Positions 1 to 12,900 of a stretch of 64,000 bases of DNA are shown here, piece after piece. This stretch comes from Plasmodiophora brassicae (Eukaryota). The DNA is taken from contig CP145419.1 of NCBI GenBank assembly GCA_036867785.1, forward strand, positions 1,054,001 through 1,118,000. Direction: 5' to 3'. The notes beneath the pieces are model-generated. The model had not been told where the DNA came from and did not search any database. It saw only the letters and a list, made by a program, of their open reading frames with translations. Position numbers and translations under genes: made by a program. Numbering within the stretch: the stretch's first letter is position 1; each line of letters begins with the position of its first letter.

Positions 1-3000
1 CACCGACACACCTGTCGCTCTCGACGCGGTCGATGTCCAGCACCAGCCGCCAGGGCCGTTCCTGCGGTCGGCACACGTCAGCGGAGCAGCGCGACAGGCG
101 GCGGCGGCGGGCCCCCCGACAATTTCGATGGCGTCGTCGAGAGCGCCGAGCAAGGCGCCGTCGTCGCCGTCGTCGGCGACGGACCAGATCCGGGGAACGG
201 GCCGGTGCTCGCCACTGTCGATCGTGGCCGTCGCCAGGACGGCGCGCCCGCCGGGCTCGCACAGCACCGACTGGACCGCCTGCGCACCGACGCGCACCTC
301 CAGGCGCTTCTCCGCCTGCACGTGCACGCCGGCGGACGGGCGCGTTCCTGCACACACACACAGCCGGCGGGGCGTCAGGCGGTCATCCGTCCAGCCCGGC
401 CGCAGGGACGCACCGTCGCCCAGCGAATCGATCAAGGCGCGCAGACGCCATCCCCGCACGACGCCGTCGTCGTCGCCGGCGAACAGCGTCCGCGTGGTCG
501 CGTCGAAGTCGATGCACGAGACGGACGTCTGCGAGTTCGCCTGTGCAGGTCAGTCGCCGATCGTCGACGCGGGCAGCGGCGCGCGTACGAGGCGACAGGC
601 GATGAGCCCCGGGAGTTTCGACGGGCGCGTCGTCCAGATGCAGACGTCGCCGTTGACGTCGGCGGCGGCGAGCAGCGGCAGGTCGCCCAGGAACCGGACG
701 GACGTGATCGGCGCCGGGCACCGAAGGACGGCCTGCAGGCGCCCCATCTTCATGTCCCACCTGACACACAAACACGGTTAGCCCGGACGGCATCGACAGC
801 GATCAACGCCCCGCCCAGTACAGGTGGACGCGCCCAGCGCTGTCGCCGGCGGCGATCAGGAACGCGGGTCGGACGGACAGGTGCACCGACGTGATCGCGA
901 CACGATCCGGGAGCCGCATGCGGTAGAAGACGTGCGGCGTCTCGATGGGCTGCTCGTCGTGCACGACGATCGCCTGGTCGGCGGCGCCGACCGACACCAC
1001 CGCCTTCATGTCGTCGATGAACAGCAGGTGCGCCACCTCGCCGCCGACGTGCGGCGTCAGGCTCTTCAGGAACGTCCCGTTCCGGTAGTTGTACTACGGA
1101 CGCAGACGACACCGGTTCACACGAGGACGCGCGCGCCGATCGGGCGGTGCCACCTACGACGCCAATCGCTCCGTTCCCGTCTCCAACGATGATCTTCTTC
1201 CCAGCGTACCCGAGGCACATAGCTTCGTGTCGGTGTCAGCGTCGGCGGCGACCCATCAGCGAACGCGTCCCCCCGCACCTACCGGTGATCTCAGGGCAGG
1301 CGAGTTCGGCGACGCTGACGAGGTGGCCCTTCAGGCCGTCCCAGATCTGGAGCCGGTTGCCCACGGCGACGGCGAACGACAGCGCGTACGGGTTGTACAG
1401 GACGCAGGAGACGGTGCGCGTCGCCCCCGCCGTGCCGCTGCTGCTGGACCAGTACGGGCCGTTCTCGACGTCGACGGGCGCCCAGGCGTCGTCGTCGGAG
1501 CAGAACACGAGACGACGATGCGGGCCCGTGCAGCAGGCGAATGACGACGCCGACGGCAGCGCGGTCAGCGTCTGGCAGCATTGGAAGTTCCGCGCGTCCC
1601 ACACCTTCACGACGCCGTCCGCGTCGGCCGTGACGATCTGCGGCGTCCCCGACACGAACTGGACGTCGACCAGGGGCGCGACATGACCTACGCGCCGACC
1701 GTCAGGCGTCGTCGGTGACACGCAACCGGTGCGGCCAGCCAGCGTGCCTGTCAGCTTGCACATGAGGTGCGAGGCGAACGGCGACCAGACGCAGGCGTCC
1801 CGGTCGAGGCCGGCGCTGATCAGGAACTTGTACTCGGCGCTGTACGCCAGACCCGCGACCCCCTTCCTGTGCGCCTTGAACTGCCTGAACCACACACAGA
1901 CCACCGCACTGTCAATGACGATGCGGGTCCCGGGGAGGGGAACGGGGCGGCACGGCGCCTCTGCCACTGGCGCGCTTTTCGAGCTGCAGTCGCAGTGACG
2001 CAGTTTCTTCGTGCGGCACAGTCGCACGGGCGCACGTTTCGAGCCGCAGTCGCACGGGCGCACTTTCTGCGAGCTGCAGTCGCAAACTGCGCGCCGCTCG
2101 GCCCTGCGCCAGTCGCTGTGGGGTGGGCAGCGGCGCCACGCCGTCCCCCGCCGCACGACACACGGCGTACCTTGTCGAGTGTCCGGTGTGGATATCCCAA
2201 AGGCGAACCTGAACGACGACGACGACGACGACGACGCGGGGCGTTCGTCAGACGATGGGCGTGCGACGGCAGCAAGGCGCGCGTACGGTGGCGTCCAGCG
2301 AGCCCGTGGCCAGCGTGTCGATACTGTCCAGGACGTCCATGCAGGCCACCATCTCGTCGTGCCCGTGCGAGTGGCTGCGACGCGCCAGGCAGGCCATGGC
2401 CGTCCGCCGGTGGTGGACGACGTGCACGGCGCCGCTGTTCGACCCTGTGGCGAACGACACCCCGGTTTAGGCGGGCGGCGTGTGGGCGGAAGAGCGCGCG
2501 CGCCCCCGGCCGACCGGTGAACAGTCTGTCGTGCGTCGGGGACCACCGGAGCGACGTCTGCGGATGACGGGTCGGGTACCGGTGCGCGACGGGCGTCGGC
2601 GCGCCCGTTGCCCAGGACGCGTCCCAGATCATGACCGCGTCCGCGTTCGCCGCCGCCAGCAGGTTCAGCGGGTCACCGGCGGGCCCGCGCTCCATGAACT
2701 CGACGCACAGCAGGTCGCGCCGGTTCAGCCCCAGCACGCGCCGCTTCGTCCTACGAGGCGGGCGGCGCCGGCGTCAGCGTCCTCGACGACGACGACGACG
2801 CCCGGCAACCGTCGTACAGGTCGGCAGGGTGGTACAACGAGAACGCGCCCTGCGCGGGTTCGTACACGACGAGGCGGTCGTTGACGGGCGAGAACTTGAC
2901 GACACGGTCCGGGTCGCGGCTGTGGTCGCCCAGCGACACGCGCCGACCGGCCGCGTACGTCGGCACCGGCTCCAGGCCAGGCCCGGCGGCGGCGGACGCC

Positions 3001-3560
3001 ATGCCCAGCTGGATGACCGTCGCGAGGAACTCCTCGAACTCCAGGTCCATGTTGCTGCGAGACGAGGACGGCGGCGCGCCCGTCAATGCCACACACACGC
3101 AGCGTCGCAGCACGACACACTCGTACCTGTCGAGGTCCATGCTCTTGAACAGGTCGACGAGGGAGGCGACCAGGTCGCGCCGGGTGGTGGCGCCTCCCAG
3201 GCGATCCGCGATGCCGCTCGACAGGAGCTCGACGAACTGCGCCATGTTCAGCGACTCGCCGTCGCAGCGCAGGAACACGTCCTTGATGCGCTGGATGACG
3301 CCGGCGTCCAGCGACCGGATCACGTCCAGCGTCAGGCCGTCCCGGGCCCGCACCTTCGTCAGGTACGTCGAGCGAGGCGTGGCGGCGACGACGGCAGCGA
3401 CCGCCGCCGATGCGTTGTCGTCCCCCGCGCGCGACCCCGACGACGACGACGACGACGCTGCCGGCGGCGGTGGACGACACGCGTGGCGAAGGGCGGCATG
3501 CGATCGCGCGGAATCCCCAGCACGGTTCGGCCGGTGCCATCGCGGCCACAGGCGCGCCAT
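1..3560 (-). CDS. Multi-exon N-terminal EF-hand + WD40-repeat protein; 3' end runs off the window, start uncertain
   Basis: EF-hand-like 'LVDLFKSMDLDR...MDLEFEEFLATVIQ'. WD40 repeats 'GHVAPLVDVQFVSGTPQIVTADADGVVKVWDARN', 'LATGSLDATVRLWDIHTG', 'LLAAADVNGDVCIWT'. Exons join through GT-AG introns. Confidence 0.8.
1969..2116. repeat. Degenerate ~28-32 bp minisatellite (core GAGCYGCAGTCGCA, ~4-5 copies) in a 286-nt intron (1885-2170) of the WD40 gene
   Basis: Repeated 'cgca..tttc gagc(t/c)gcagtcgca'. Splicing 1885-2170 restores 'VRLWDIHTGHSTRQFKAHRKGV'. Confidence 0.75.
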
Positions 3561-3665
3561 TGTCGCGACACGCCGAGCGCTCTATGGGCGACCGCTGACA
3601 GTTACACGACGTCGGGGGGCGTCGTCCCCCCTCCCCCCTTGCGCCGTCCAGGCAACCGAGCGTGC

Positions 3666-4548
3666 TTAATTCAGCTGGACAATGTCGCCGAACGGGTCGG
3701 CGGCCGGCGGCGGCGTCGCCCGCACGACCTTGACGGCGGGGACGCCGCCCATCCCAACGGGACCGGGCGGTGCGGCCGCCCCGGGCCCGTGCCCAATGAA
3801 CGCGAACGACGACGACGACGACGACGACGACGCGCTGGCTCCCGGGTTGTCGGTCGGTGCGGCGGCGTCGACGAACGGGAACGGTGTCGGGGGCGACGAC
3901 AGCCCCGCGAACAGGTCGGCAGGCAGGTCCAGCAAGGACGGGGCCTGTGGCGCGACCGCAGGGGCGCACGTCGGCGCCGAACTGACGACCGTCAGACCTG
4001 GACGGGGAGGGCGTGAGAGGCCCGCCACCTGAGCGCGGCGTGCCCGCGTCCGTACCGGCGAATATGTCGTCCGGCGGCGATTCCGGCGCCGCTGGGGCGG
4101 GTGCCGTCCTGCGCTGGAACCGACGATTCACGTACTTGGCCCGGATGAACTGGTCGCGCGCACGCGCCGCCACGTCGCTGCCGATGCGCTGGGACAACGG
4201 CAGCAGGGCCTCCATGGTGTCGTTGACCCTACACAGTTTCGTCGTTCAGGGGCGCGACGCGTCCGGAGGGGGGCGACACGCGGGCGCATTCGAATATTAC
4301 TACAGTCGATTGCCGCGCGACAGCATGACGGCGACGGACGGCGCGTCCCACGTGTCGAGCGTGACGCTGCGGACGCGCGAGATGTGCGTCCCCAGCGACC
4401 GGTGCACGCCGGCGCAGTCCTGGCACAGGAAGACGCCAATGTTGTGGCTCGCCCAGGACGGGTCCGGCGACCGGCAGTCGGCGCAGCGCTCGTTGCCCGG
4501 CGCCGACAGCGCCGCCCGGAGCCGATCCCCGACCGGGTCGTTCGTCAT
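3666..4548 (-). CDS. ArfGAP domain protein (3 exons)
   Basis: CxxC-x16-CxxC-x4-R motif 'CADCRSPDPSWASHNIGVFLCQDCAGVHRSLGTHISRVRSVTLDTW', then 'RDQFIRAKYVNRRF'. Low-complexity tail with 'SLLDL', 'DLF' and 'DPF' motifs. Confidence 0.92.
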
Positions 4549-4774
4549 AGCGCGCCACCCTCACGGCAGTGCGCCGGCACCGCCCACCACAACCACAAAA
4601 AAAAAACACAATGACGGTTTCGTGGCCGCCGGCTCGGGCCAGCCGAGCCGCGCCGTGCGCCAAAAAAAACAACCCGAAAACTCCCATCGACGACGACCTG
4701 CTCGACGACGACGACGACGACACCGGGCACGGTATGACCGGGAGGGGGCGGTGAACGTCGGCGATACCGTTAAT

Positions 4775-5246
4775 TTAGGATTGCTGAGACTGCAGGAGGT
4801 CGCGAATGGCCTGGACGGGGTTCGCTGTGAACGCCGGATGCGTCAGGACCTGGGCCATGCGGGCGCTCTCCGCATCGGTCACGCGTTTCCGGATGGTTTT
4901 CGTCAGCCCGCGCTTGCCCAGCCGCAGGCCGCACACTTTCGGGGCCGTTGCCTCCGGCGCGGCGCCGCCGTCTGCGCTGTCGTTGAGACTGTCGACCAGC
5001 GATGACAGCGACTGCAGCGGTTCCCTGGAGGCCTGCGCCTTCTGCAACTCTGCACAACGTGGGCGTCAGATTGAGCGGTGGCACAGGGCAGCGCGCGCGC
5101 GCGTGCGTCTCCAACTGACTCTCGATAAGCCTCACGTGACGCCGCATTTTCACCTGCTTCTTCATCGCCCGTTTCGACGTCTTCGCAGTCGTGGACGCCG
5201 TCACATCCTTGGTCGACGATGCCGATTTCCGCTTCGCTTTCGCCAT
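4775..5246 (-). CDS. Ribosome biogenesis protein SLX9/FAM207A-like (2 exons)
   Basis: Basic N-terminus 'KTSKRAMKKQVKMRRH', 'LSSLVDSL', and family-like C-terminus 'ESARMAQVLTHPAFTANPVQAIRDLL'. Confidence 0.75.
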
Positions 5247-5290
5247 CGTGCCTGTCGCCAAGGGGCGCTGCCACAGGTCTGACGGCGGCA

Positions 5291-5325
5291 CAGTCCGCCA
5301 CGGGGTCCGCCACGGAGTCCGCCCC
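5291..5325 (-). promoter_or_regulatory. Tandem 12-bp motif YCCGTGGCGGAC in the <100 bp divergent SLX9/SET intergenic gap
   Basis: Minus strand reads GGGGCGGAC-TCCGTGGCGGAC-CCCGTGGCGGAC. The same motif precedes MRD1. Confidence 0.5.
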
Positions 5326-5342
5326 ACACTTTGATGACGACC

Positions 5343-6941
5343 ATGATGGAGACTGCGTCTCCCGGCGAGATCAACGAGTTCTTCGCCAGGCAGCTGGAGC
5401 GCCTGCAGCTGGCCAAGGCGATTTGCGTTAGGCATATCGATGAGAAAACAGGCAAAGGTCCCCCCTTCGTCGTGTTTGCCATTGCTACTCCGCGTCAGGT
5501 CGTCTGACCTCTGTCGTCAGGCATGTTCGCCGAGAAGGATTTCGAGGAAGGCGAGGTCATCTACAACGAGCTGAAGATGTTCGGACGGAAGCACTGCAAC
5601 CAGGTGTTCGACAGCTGTGAAAACTGCATGAAGGTCGGCGGTTTGTTTGCCGAGCCGAAGCGACGTCCAACTCGTTCTCGTCCGATCAGGTGATTGGAAC
5701 AATGGAGTCGCTCTGGGAGCGCCTCGAACAGCAGCCGCAGCATGTGCATGGCTGCGATGACGACGAATGCGAGGAGGACGAGTGCGATCGGCACCGGTGC
5801 GACGACGAGTCGTCGTGCTGCGACGGGGAACGCGAACCCGTTGAGTGCCCGAGGTTCCCCGTCGTCGTTCAGGAGATCGGCCTCGCCAACGAGGCCGACG
5901 AGTTCGTCGTAGGCGAACCCGTTCCCTGTCGCAACGCATGTGGCGAAATGTACTGCAGTGCCATGTGTGCTGAGGACCGGTGGCGGTCGACACACCATCT
6001 GCTGTGCCCGGCGTCGAGCTCCGCCATGAAGGGTCAGCAGCAGGCAACGTTTCTGGCACCTATGCCCGTCTGACGAAACGGCCCTGTAGAGTTCGTCGAG
6101 TTCACCAACGAGACGAACGAGGCGCTGTACATTGTCGGTGAGATCATCGCCACCCTGATCGGGGAGACGGAGGCGGCCGGCGGGAGCGCCGACGCGCTGC
6201 GCCAGGCGACGGCCCCCCTGCGAATGATGCTGATGCGACCCTGGACGTCCGCTGTGTCCATCCCGGATGGCATGTCGAAGGCGGAGGCCGGAGAGCTCAT
6301 GACAACGTTAAAGTATCGCGCACAGTGGGCGTGTCCATGGTGGTGGGTTGCTGACCGTGTGTTCCCCAGCTTCCTTGTCGACGAATGCTGTTCCCTGCTG
6401 CGGGCGGCGCTGCCCGAGTACTCGGCGATGGACGTGTACGCGCCGCTCTTCTCCCAGGCGTTCGTCAGCCGCTGCATGGGCATGTTCGAGATCAACAATG
6501 TGCAAATGTCGTCCCGATCGCCCATCTCCGTCGTCTGCGACCGGATCGAGGACGTCGACACGATCGAGTCGATCACGCCCGATCAGCTCGAACGTCTCAT
6601 GGAGTACCAGAACGTCACCACTGAAGGTCAGCGCGCCTATCGCACCGCTGCCTCACTTCCCGTCGTGATGTTCGGCTTTAGGGTTCGGTCTGTACAGTCT
6701 TCACAGCACGATCAACCACAGTTGCGCGCCGAACGGCACCCTGATCAAGCTGAAGGGCGGCCTGGACGCGAAGATCGCCCTGATCGCGAACAGGAACATC
6801 GCCAAAGGCGACGAGATCACGATCTCGTACATCTGCGAGGACGCGCCGCTGGAGGAGCGACGCGAGCTCCTGCTCGACTACGGGTTCCAGTGCCAATGCC
6901 CGAAATGCGTCGAGGAATCCGCCATCGTCAAGGGGGCATAA
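5343..6941 (+). CDS. SET/MYND (SMYD-like) lysine methyltransferase, multi-exon
   Basis: 'KGMFAEKDFEEGEVI', MYND 'CENC...CRNACGEMYCSAMC...HHLLC', 'TINHSCAPN', 'GDEITISYI', post-SET 'YGFQCQCPKC'. Confidence 0.9.
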
Positions 6942-6974
6942 ACGTCGGGATCGGACGTTCCAATGTACTAATGT

Positions 6975-9900
6975 CTAATGGAGGTGCGCCTTCGTCAGGT
7001 GGTCGTGGACGTCGTCCGCGCATCGCCGGCCTTCGCTGATGGCCCAGACGACGAGCGACTGCCCACGACGACAATCGCCGCATGCGAATACGCCCGGTTG
7101 CGACGTCATGTACCGCCCGTCGTCCGTCTGGAAGTTGCCCCGTGCGTTCGTCTGGATCGGGATACCTGCCCCAACGCAGCCGTCAGCGACAGCCGTTGCA
7201 CCCGTTCCCCAGTCGGGCTCGAACCGTGCACGATATCCGTTTCGGGCCCAACAAAGCCCATCGCAATGAGGACGAGGTCGACCTTGAAGACCTGTGGGAG
7301 ACGGCGCCCCGCGTCAGCTTGGGCGATCAGCGACGACGTTTCCGTTGGGCACCTTTTCCGTTCCGGGAATCGGCTCGAACCGCCAGTCTGCACCCGAGCG
7401 GGACCATTTGACGCGGACGGTTTCGACCCCGGCCACAGCGGTGCCGGCTGGGTCGGCGATGAACGATTTCGTGAGGACGCAGTACTGCCTCGGGTCTTCC
7501 CCGAAGGCGGCCTGCGCTTCAGCATGGCCGTAATCGACCCGGAAGACCCTGGGCCACTCCGGCCAGGGGTTGTCCGGTGACCGCGACGCGGGCGGTTCCG
7601 GCATGAGCTCGAAGTTGATGACTGACTTGGCGCCCTGCCGCATGGCCGTCCCGATGCAGTCGTTGCCCGTGTCGCCGCCGCCGATGACGAGCACGCGACG
7701 ACCCGCGGCGTGCAACGGGTGGTGCGCATCGCAAGGCGTCCCGTCCAGCAGCGACTTTGAGCTGAACGTCAGGTACTCCATTGCGAAATGGATCCTGGGC
7801 GCGCAACATCAGCAGGTGGACGGGTAGACGCAAACGAACCCCGCCCCAACCCTTTCAGGTCGCGTCCTGGAACAGGAAGGTTACGGGGAACGGTGGCCCC
7901 GGTGGCAAGGACGACGGCGTCGTGCCCCGCCGTCAACTCGGACAGCCTCGTGCTCGTTACCAGTTCGTTACAGTGGAACACGACGCCTTCGTCGACCATC
8001 AGCGTCAGGCGGCGATCGACAACCTGCTTCGCGGTCAGCGCTGGGGCAGCGAACGCCCGTCACGGTTTCACCTGTCGCTTATCGAGTTTCATGTTGGGGA
8101 CCCCGTACATCAGCAGGCCGCCGCACCGGTCGGCGCGTTCGTACACGTGCACCGTGTGGCCGTGCACCCGGTTCAGCTGGTCGGCCACCGCAAGGCCGGC
8201 AGGCCCCGACCCGATCACGGCGACACGGAAACCCGACCTGGAACGCGGCGGTCTCGCCCTGGATCGTGACAGTCAGCATGGCACGGTGCGAACACGGCCG
8301 GCATTCTCCACACAGACTTGATCCATCCCGCTGCGAAGCCCTTGTCAACGATGGCCATCTCGACGTTCTTGATCGTGACGGGTTCGTCAATGACGCCCTG
8401 ACACGTATGTCGTTCAGCGCAAGGCGCGGCAGACGAGCGCGCCCGGCACTGACCAGCACGCAGGCCCCTTCACAGGGAGCTGGGCAGACGCGACCCGTGA
8501 ATTCCGGGAAGTTATTCGTCGACAGCAGCGTCTCCAGGGCGGAGCGCCACTGGCCAGCGACGACCTGTCCATTGAATTCCGGGATCCGGTTCCCCAATGG
8601 GCACCCGGACGTCTGTTGATGGCAGAACGGGACGCCACAGTCCATACACCTGTTGCACCGAGTCAGGTGGGCATTACGCATACGGAGATGCCCTACCTAC
8701 CTGGCGGCTTGGGTTTCCAGCTTCGTCGTGTCCACGTTCGCCTGGAATATTTCCCGGAAATCGCCGACGCGAGTCGTGGACGAACGATACTCGACCGACG
8801 TCGCCCTGCGGTACTTCAGGAACCCGCGCTGCCGGTCAGGACTCTTGACGGACACCGCTCTTGCATCCGGCTCACGTTCCCCGTTGCGCTTCGGGATGCA
8901 TTCTTCAACGTGGAGGACAGGTTCCGCAGCAACGCCTTCGACGCCGTTGTTTGCGTCCCCCCGCTTCTTCTTCGCCAACAGGGCCTTGCGATACTCTGTG
9001 GGGAACACCTTCACGAAGCATGCAATGGATTCGGCCCAATCCGAAAGCAGCCGAGCGGCCAGCGCGGACCCTGTCCGCCTGAAATGCTCGTCGACAAGAT
9101 CATGGACCGCCGCCTTGTCCTCGTCATCGACGACCTGTTTGCTATTGAGCAACAGACGTCATACCGTGCTGACACCAACCTACCGGCCCGAGGTCAACCG
9201 TCTTCTGGTTGCAGTGCGCGAAGAGTCGCTGGCGTTGTGCATCGCCCGCCGTGTAAACAAACGCCAGGCCGCCACTCATTCCGGCGGCAAAGTTTCGGCC
9301 GACCGGCCCCAGGATGATGGCGGTTCCACCGGTCATGTACTCGCACGCATGGTCGCCGGCGCCTTCGACGACGCATTTGGCGCCAGAGTTCCTCACCAGG
9401 AACCGAGACGCGGCCTGGCCCGCGAAGAACGCCTTGCCCCCGGTAGCGCCGTACAGCACGACATTGCCCACGATCGTGTTCAGCGCGGGGTCGAACGTGC
9501 ACGATGGGCTGGGCTGGACACTGATGCATCCGCCAGAAAGGCCTTTGCCAACGTAGTCGTTCGCGTCGCCGACCAGCTGAAGCGTGACGCCCTCTGCCAG
9601 GAACGCCCCAAAGCTCTGCCCGGCGGACCCACGTACGTGAATGCGAACAAAGCCTTCGGGCAGCCTCGACCCGCCTCCTTCGCCACGCGTTCGCTTCGAC
9701 GAGGTGGTCGTGACGATGAACGAAACGTTGGTGCCAACCGCCCGGTCAGTGTTACTGATACAGAGAGAGTCAGCTCGCGTTCCCGGGGGCATTATTGACC
9801 AATTCGGAAACGTACGAGATATGATGGTGAAACGCAACCGGTTGGTCCGATGCCAGTGCGTGTAACGTCTGCGGGATCATGGACTGGTCCAACGATGACA

Positions 9901-12900
9901 TGACGTGCCGCTGCGAAGTCGTATTGCTGTCAGGACAACTGTCAGGGTGCTTAGCAACGCAAGGCTGCGCAAATTACCGACCGGTTGACGGTGAGCAGAT
10001 CGGCGTGAGCATCATCGACTCTTGCCAGCAGCAACGAAAGATCAAGGTCCCGGGTTTTGATCCATTCGGACAACGACGGTTTCACCTAAGCAACACGACG
10101 TGAGACGGCGTGGTCGCCGACTCTTACAGACATAAACCTCAAGCAAATCGGTTCTTCCAACGAGGTCGCCGAACGCGGCAATGCGGAGACCCGCCATGAT
10201 TCTCCTACCGATAAGATCACTTTCTTGAACCCGCCCAAAGTTGTCGACTAGCGCGCACAGTACCTGACGTCCTCTGCAACCAAGAACATGTAGTTGATAA
10301 CGTGTTCGGGTTGCCCAGCGAATTTGGCCCGTAGCACCGGGTCCTGTGTAGCAATTCCTACGGGGCACCTACCAGGTTCGTCAATACTTTACACCGCAGC
10401 AACGATACAGGGCTCCGATATCGTACGTGTTCAGATGGCACTTGCGCATCATGAGGCACCCCAATACAATCAAAGGGGCGGTGGCGAACCCGAACTCCTC
10501 AGCACCCAGCATTGCCGCTTTGACCACATCGAGACCAGTTCGTAGCTGGCCATCCGTCTGCAGCACTACTCGACTTCTACGCATCACACGTGAGCGCATC
10601 TGCATCTCGAGACGTTCACGATCGTACCGTAGCCCATTTCGGACAAGCGTTTGGTGCGTTTCAGCAAGGCCAAGTTCCCACTGGTGGGTGGAATTAGAGA
10701 CCGGGCAACGAACAGAATCAAACGTATTGACCGACAGGGGCGCCAGCGTGCTTGATCCCAGTCCATCGGGACGCACCGGTTCCACCATCGTGCCCAGAGA
10801 TCAGAATATGATCCGCTTTACCTTTGACGACGCCAGCCGCGACAACGCCGACACCAACCTCTATCCGCAGACAACTGAGGACCGCCATCAAGAAGCGAAG
10901 CAAACCAGACATCTTACCGGACACGAGCTTGACAGAGATGCGCGCTTTAGGATTAGCGTGCTTCAGGTCGTAAATGAGCTGAGCGAGGTCTTCAATGGAA
11001 TAGATGTCGTGATGCGGAGGTGGTGAAATGAGTCCCACGCCGACGGTGGACCTGCGCGTTGCCGCAATCTGGTCGAACACTTTATGCCCGGGAAGCTCCC
11101 CTCCTTCACCTGGTTTGGCCCCCTGTGAACGCGTTAACCGCATTAGAGGACGCCATACGCAGGCATGTTCCCAACACGAACCTGTGCCATTTTGATCTGT
11201 ATTTCATCCGCGTTGGCAAGGTACTCGATCGTGACACCAAACCGCCCGGACGCAACTTGCTTGATAGCCGACCGCATGTCATTGCCGTACCGATCCGACT
11301 CTTCGCCTCCCTCGCTGTGGGACGAATTATGAACCCCCGACGATGCAGATGCCACCAGACAGTGTAGTGTACCCCGTGTTCGACTTCCCACCAATCGCAT
11401 TCATAGCCTTCGCGAGGGACGTGTGCGCTTCACGAGAAATCGACCCGAACGACATCGCCCTGAGGTCATCTCCAGTGAGATCGCAATCAATCGGAATGCG
11501 CGACGAATTCACTCGAATACCCAGTGCAGAATCGGCGTACAATGCTGGCAGCGCTCTCAACCTGGTCCAGTTCGATGGCCGATCCTGGATCGCGAAGCTG
11601 GAGCTGCCCTCGCAAGGTAACCTGTTCGACGAGTCTGTTCGCGATTGAAGTGAATTTGTCAAACGCGGCTCTATCATTCGTCCTGGCGGCACGCTGTAGA
11701 GCGGCAATGGCGTCCTGGAGACAGTATCGGTCGGCACGATCATGCCAATCGGCAACTAGCGTCCCTTACGGGGTGGTTGATGTGGACTTCGGCATTCGGG
11801 GTTTGCCGCCAGTGGTATTCACCAGGGAACTCAAGAAGGGGTGCGGGATCAGCGAAGGCAGACGTGTGCAACTGTGCGGCATCTCTCGCGAGGACATCGA
11901 AACCGACGCCGCCGATTCGGGACGGGGCACCACAGAAGCACACGTCCATAACCTGCACATACGTCAATCGTGGCGCACGTCCGGATACACTGTTATTCGT
12001 CGTACGCTCTTGTGGATGCCAATGGCTTCCAACAGCTGGGCACCTTTGTACCCTTGCAGAGTCGAGACACCCATTTTCGCGATGACCTTATGACGATAGG
12101 GTAAACGAAGGGATCAGCGTAACTGCGACCAGGAATTACCTTCGCGATGCCGTTGTTGATAGACTTCTGGTACTGCGCAACCGTGGTTGCCATCGGCGCG
12201 TCCTTCACCTTGTGGAGGACTGCGCTGTAGGCAACACGAGGATAGATCGCATCAGCGCCGAACCCTGTCACAGACAGTGAGACATTGGAAACCTAAAGCG
12301 TCGCGTTTGCATTACCAATTAGAACGCAGAAATGATGGACCTGGCAGCAGTCTCCCGCGTCGACAACAATAGCAACACGCGAACGCAGATGTCTCCGAAT
12401 CAAGTAGTGGTGGACAGCGCCGACACACAGGACAGGGCTAATCGCCATTCTGCAACGACCCTCAGCGAACGAGTTCCCTGTCCGCGTTCATGTCCCATCC
12501 CGAACCTTGCCTCAGATAGGCTGGCGTCGGAGAGAATGACGATTTGGGCGCCTTCATTAGCAGCGAGTTCGGCGTTCCTGCAAACACTGAGTAGCGCCGA
12601 CTCCAAGGCACTGCCGCTAACGTTTTCGACTGGGATCGTAATGTCAACGACTCGGGAGCTCCACCCGTTTGGTAACAAGCGAAGCGCTGCCATGTTTCTG
12701 GGACAAGGGGATCATTTCGCGATTCACCACGTACGCCTCGGTCCGCGCACTGACCTTGGCGTTAGGATGGGCGAGCCAATTGACAGACGACGTGCGCCGT
12801 TCTCGCAGTCAGATGCAAGAATGTTGCCTTCCGGCCCAATGGGACATGTTAACGAGAAGATGATCCTCTCGCGGATCGGATCAATCGGGGGGTTCGTCAC

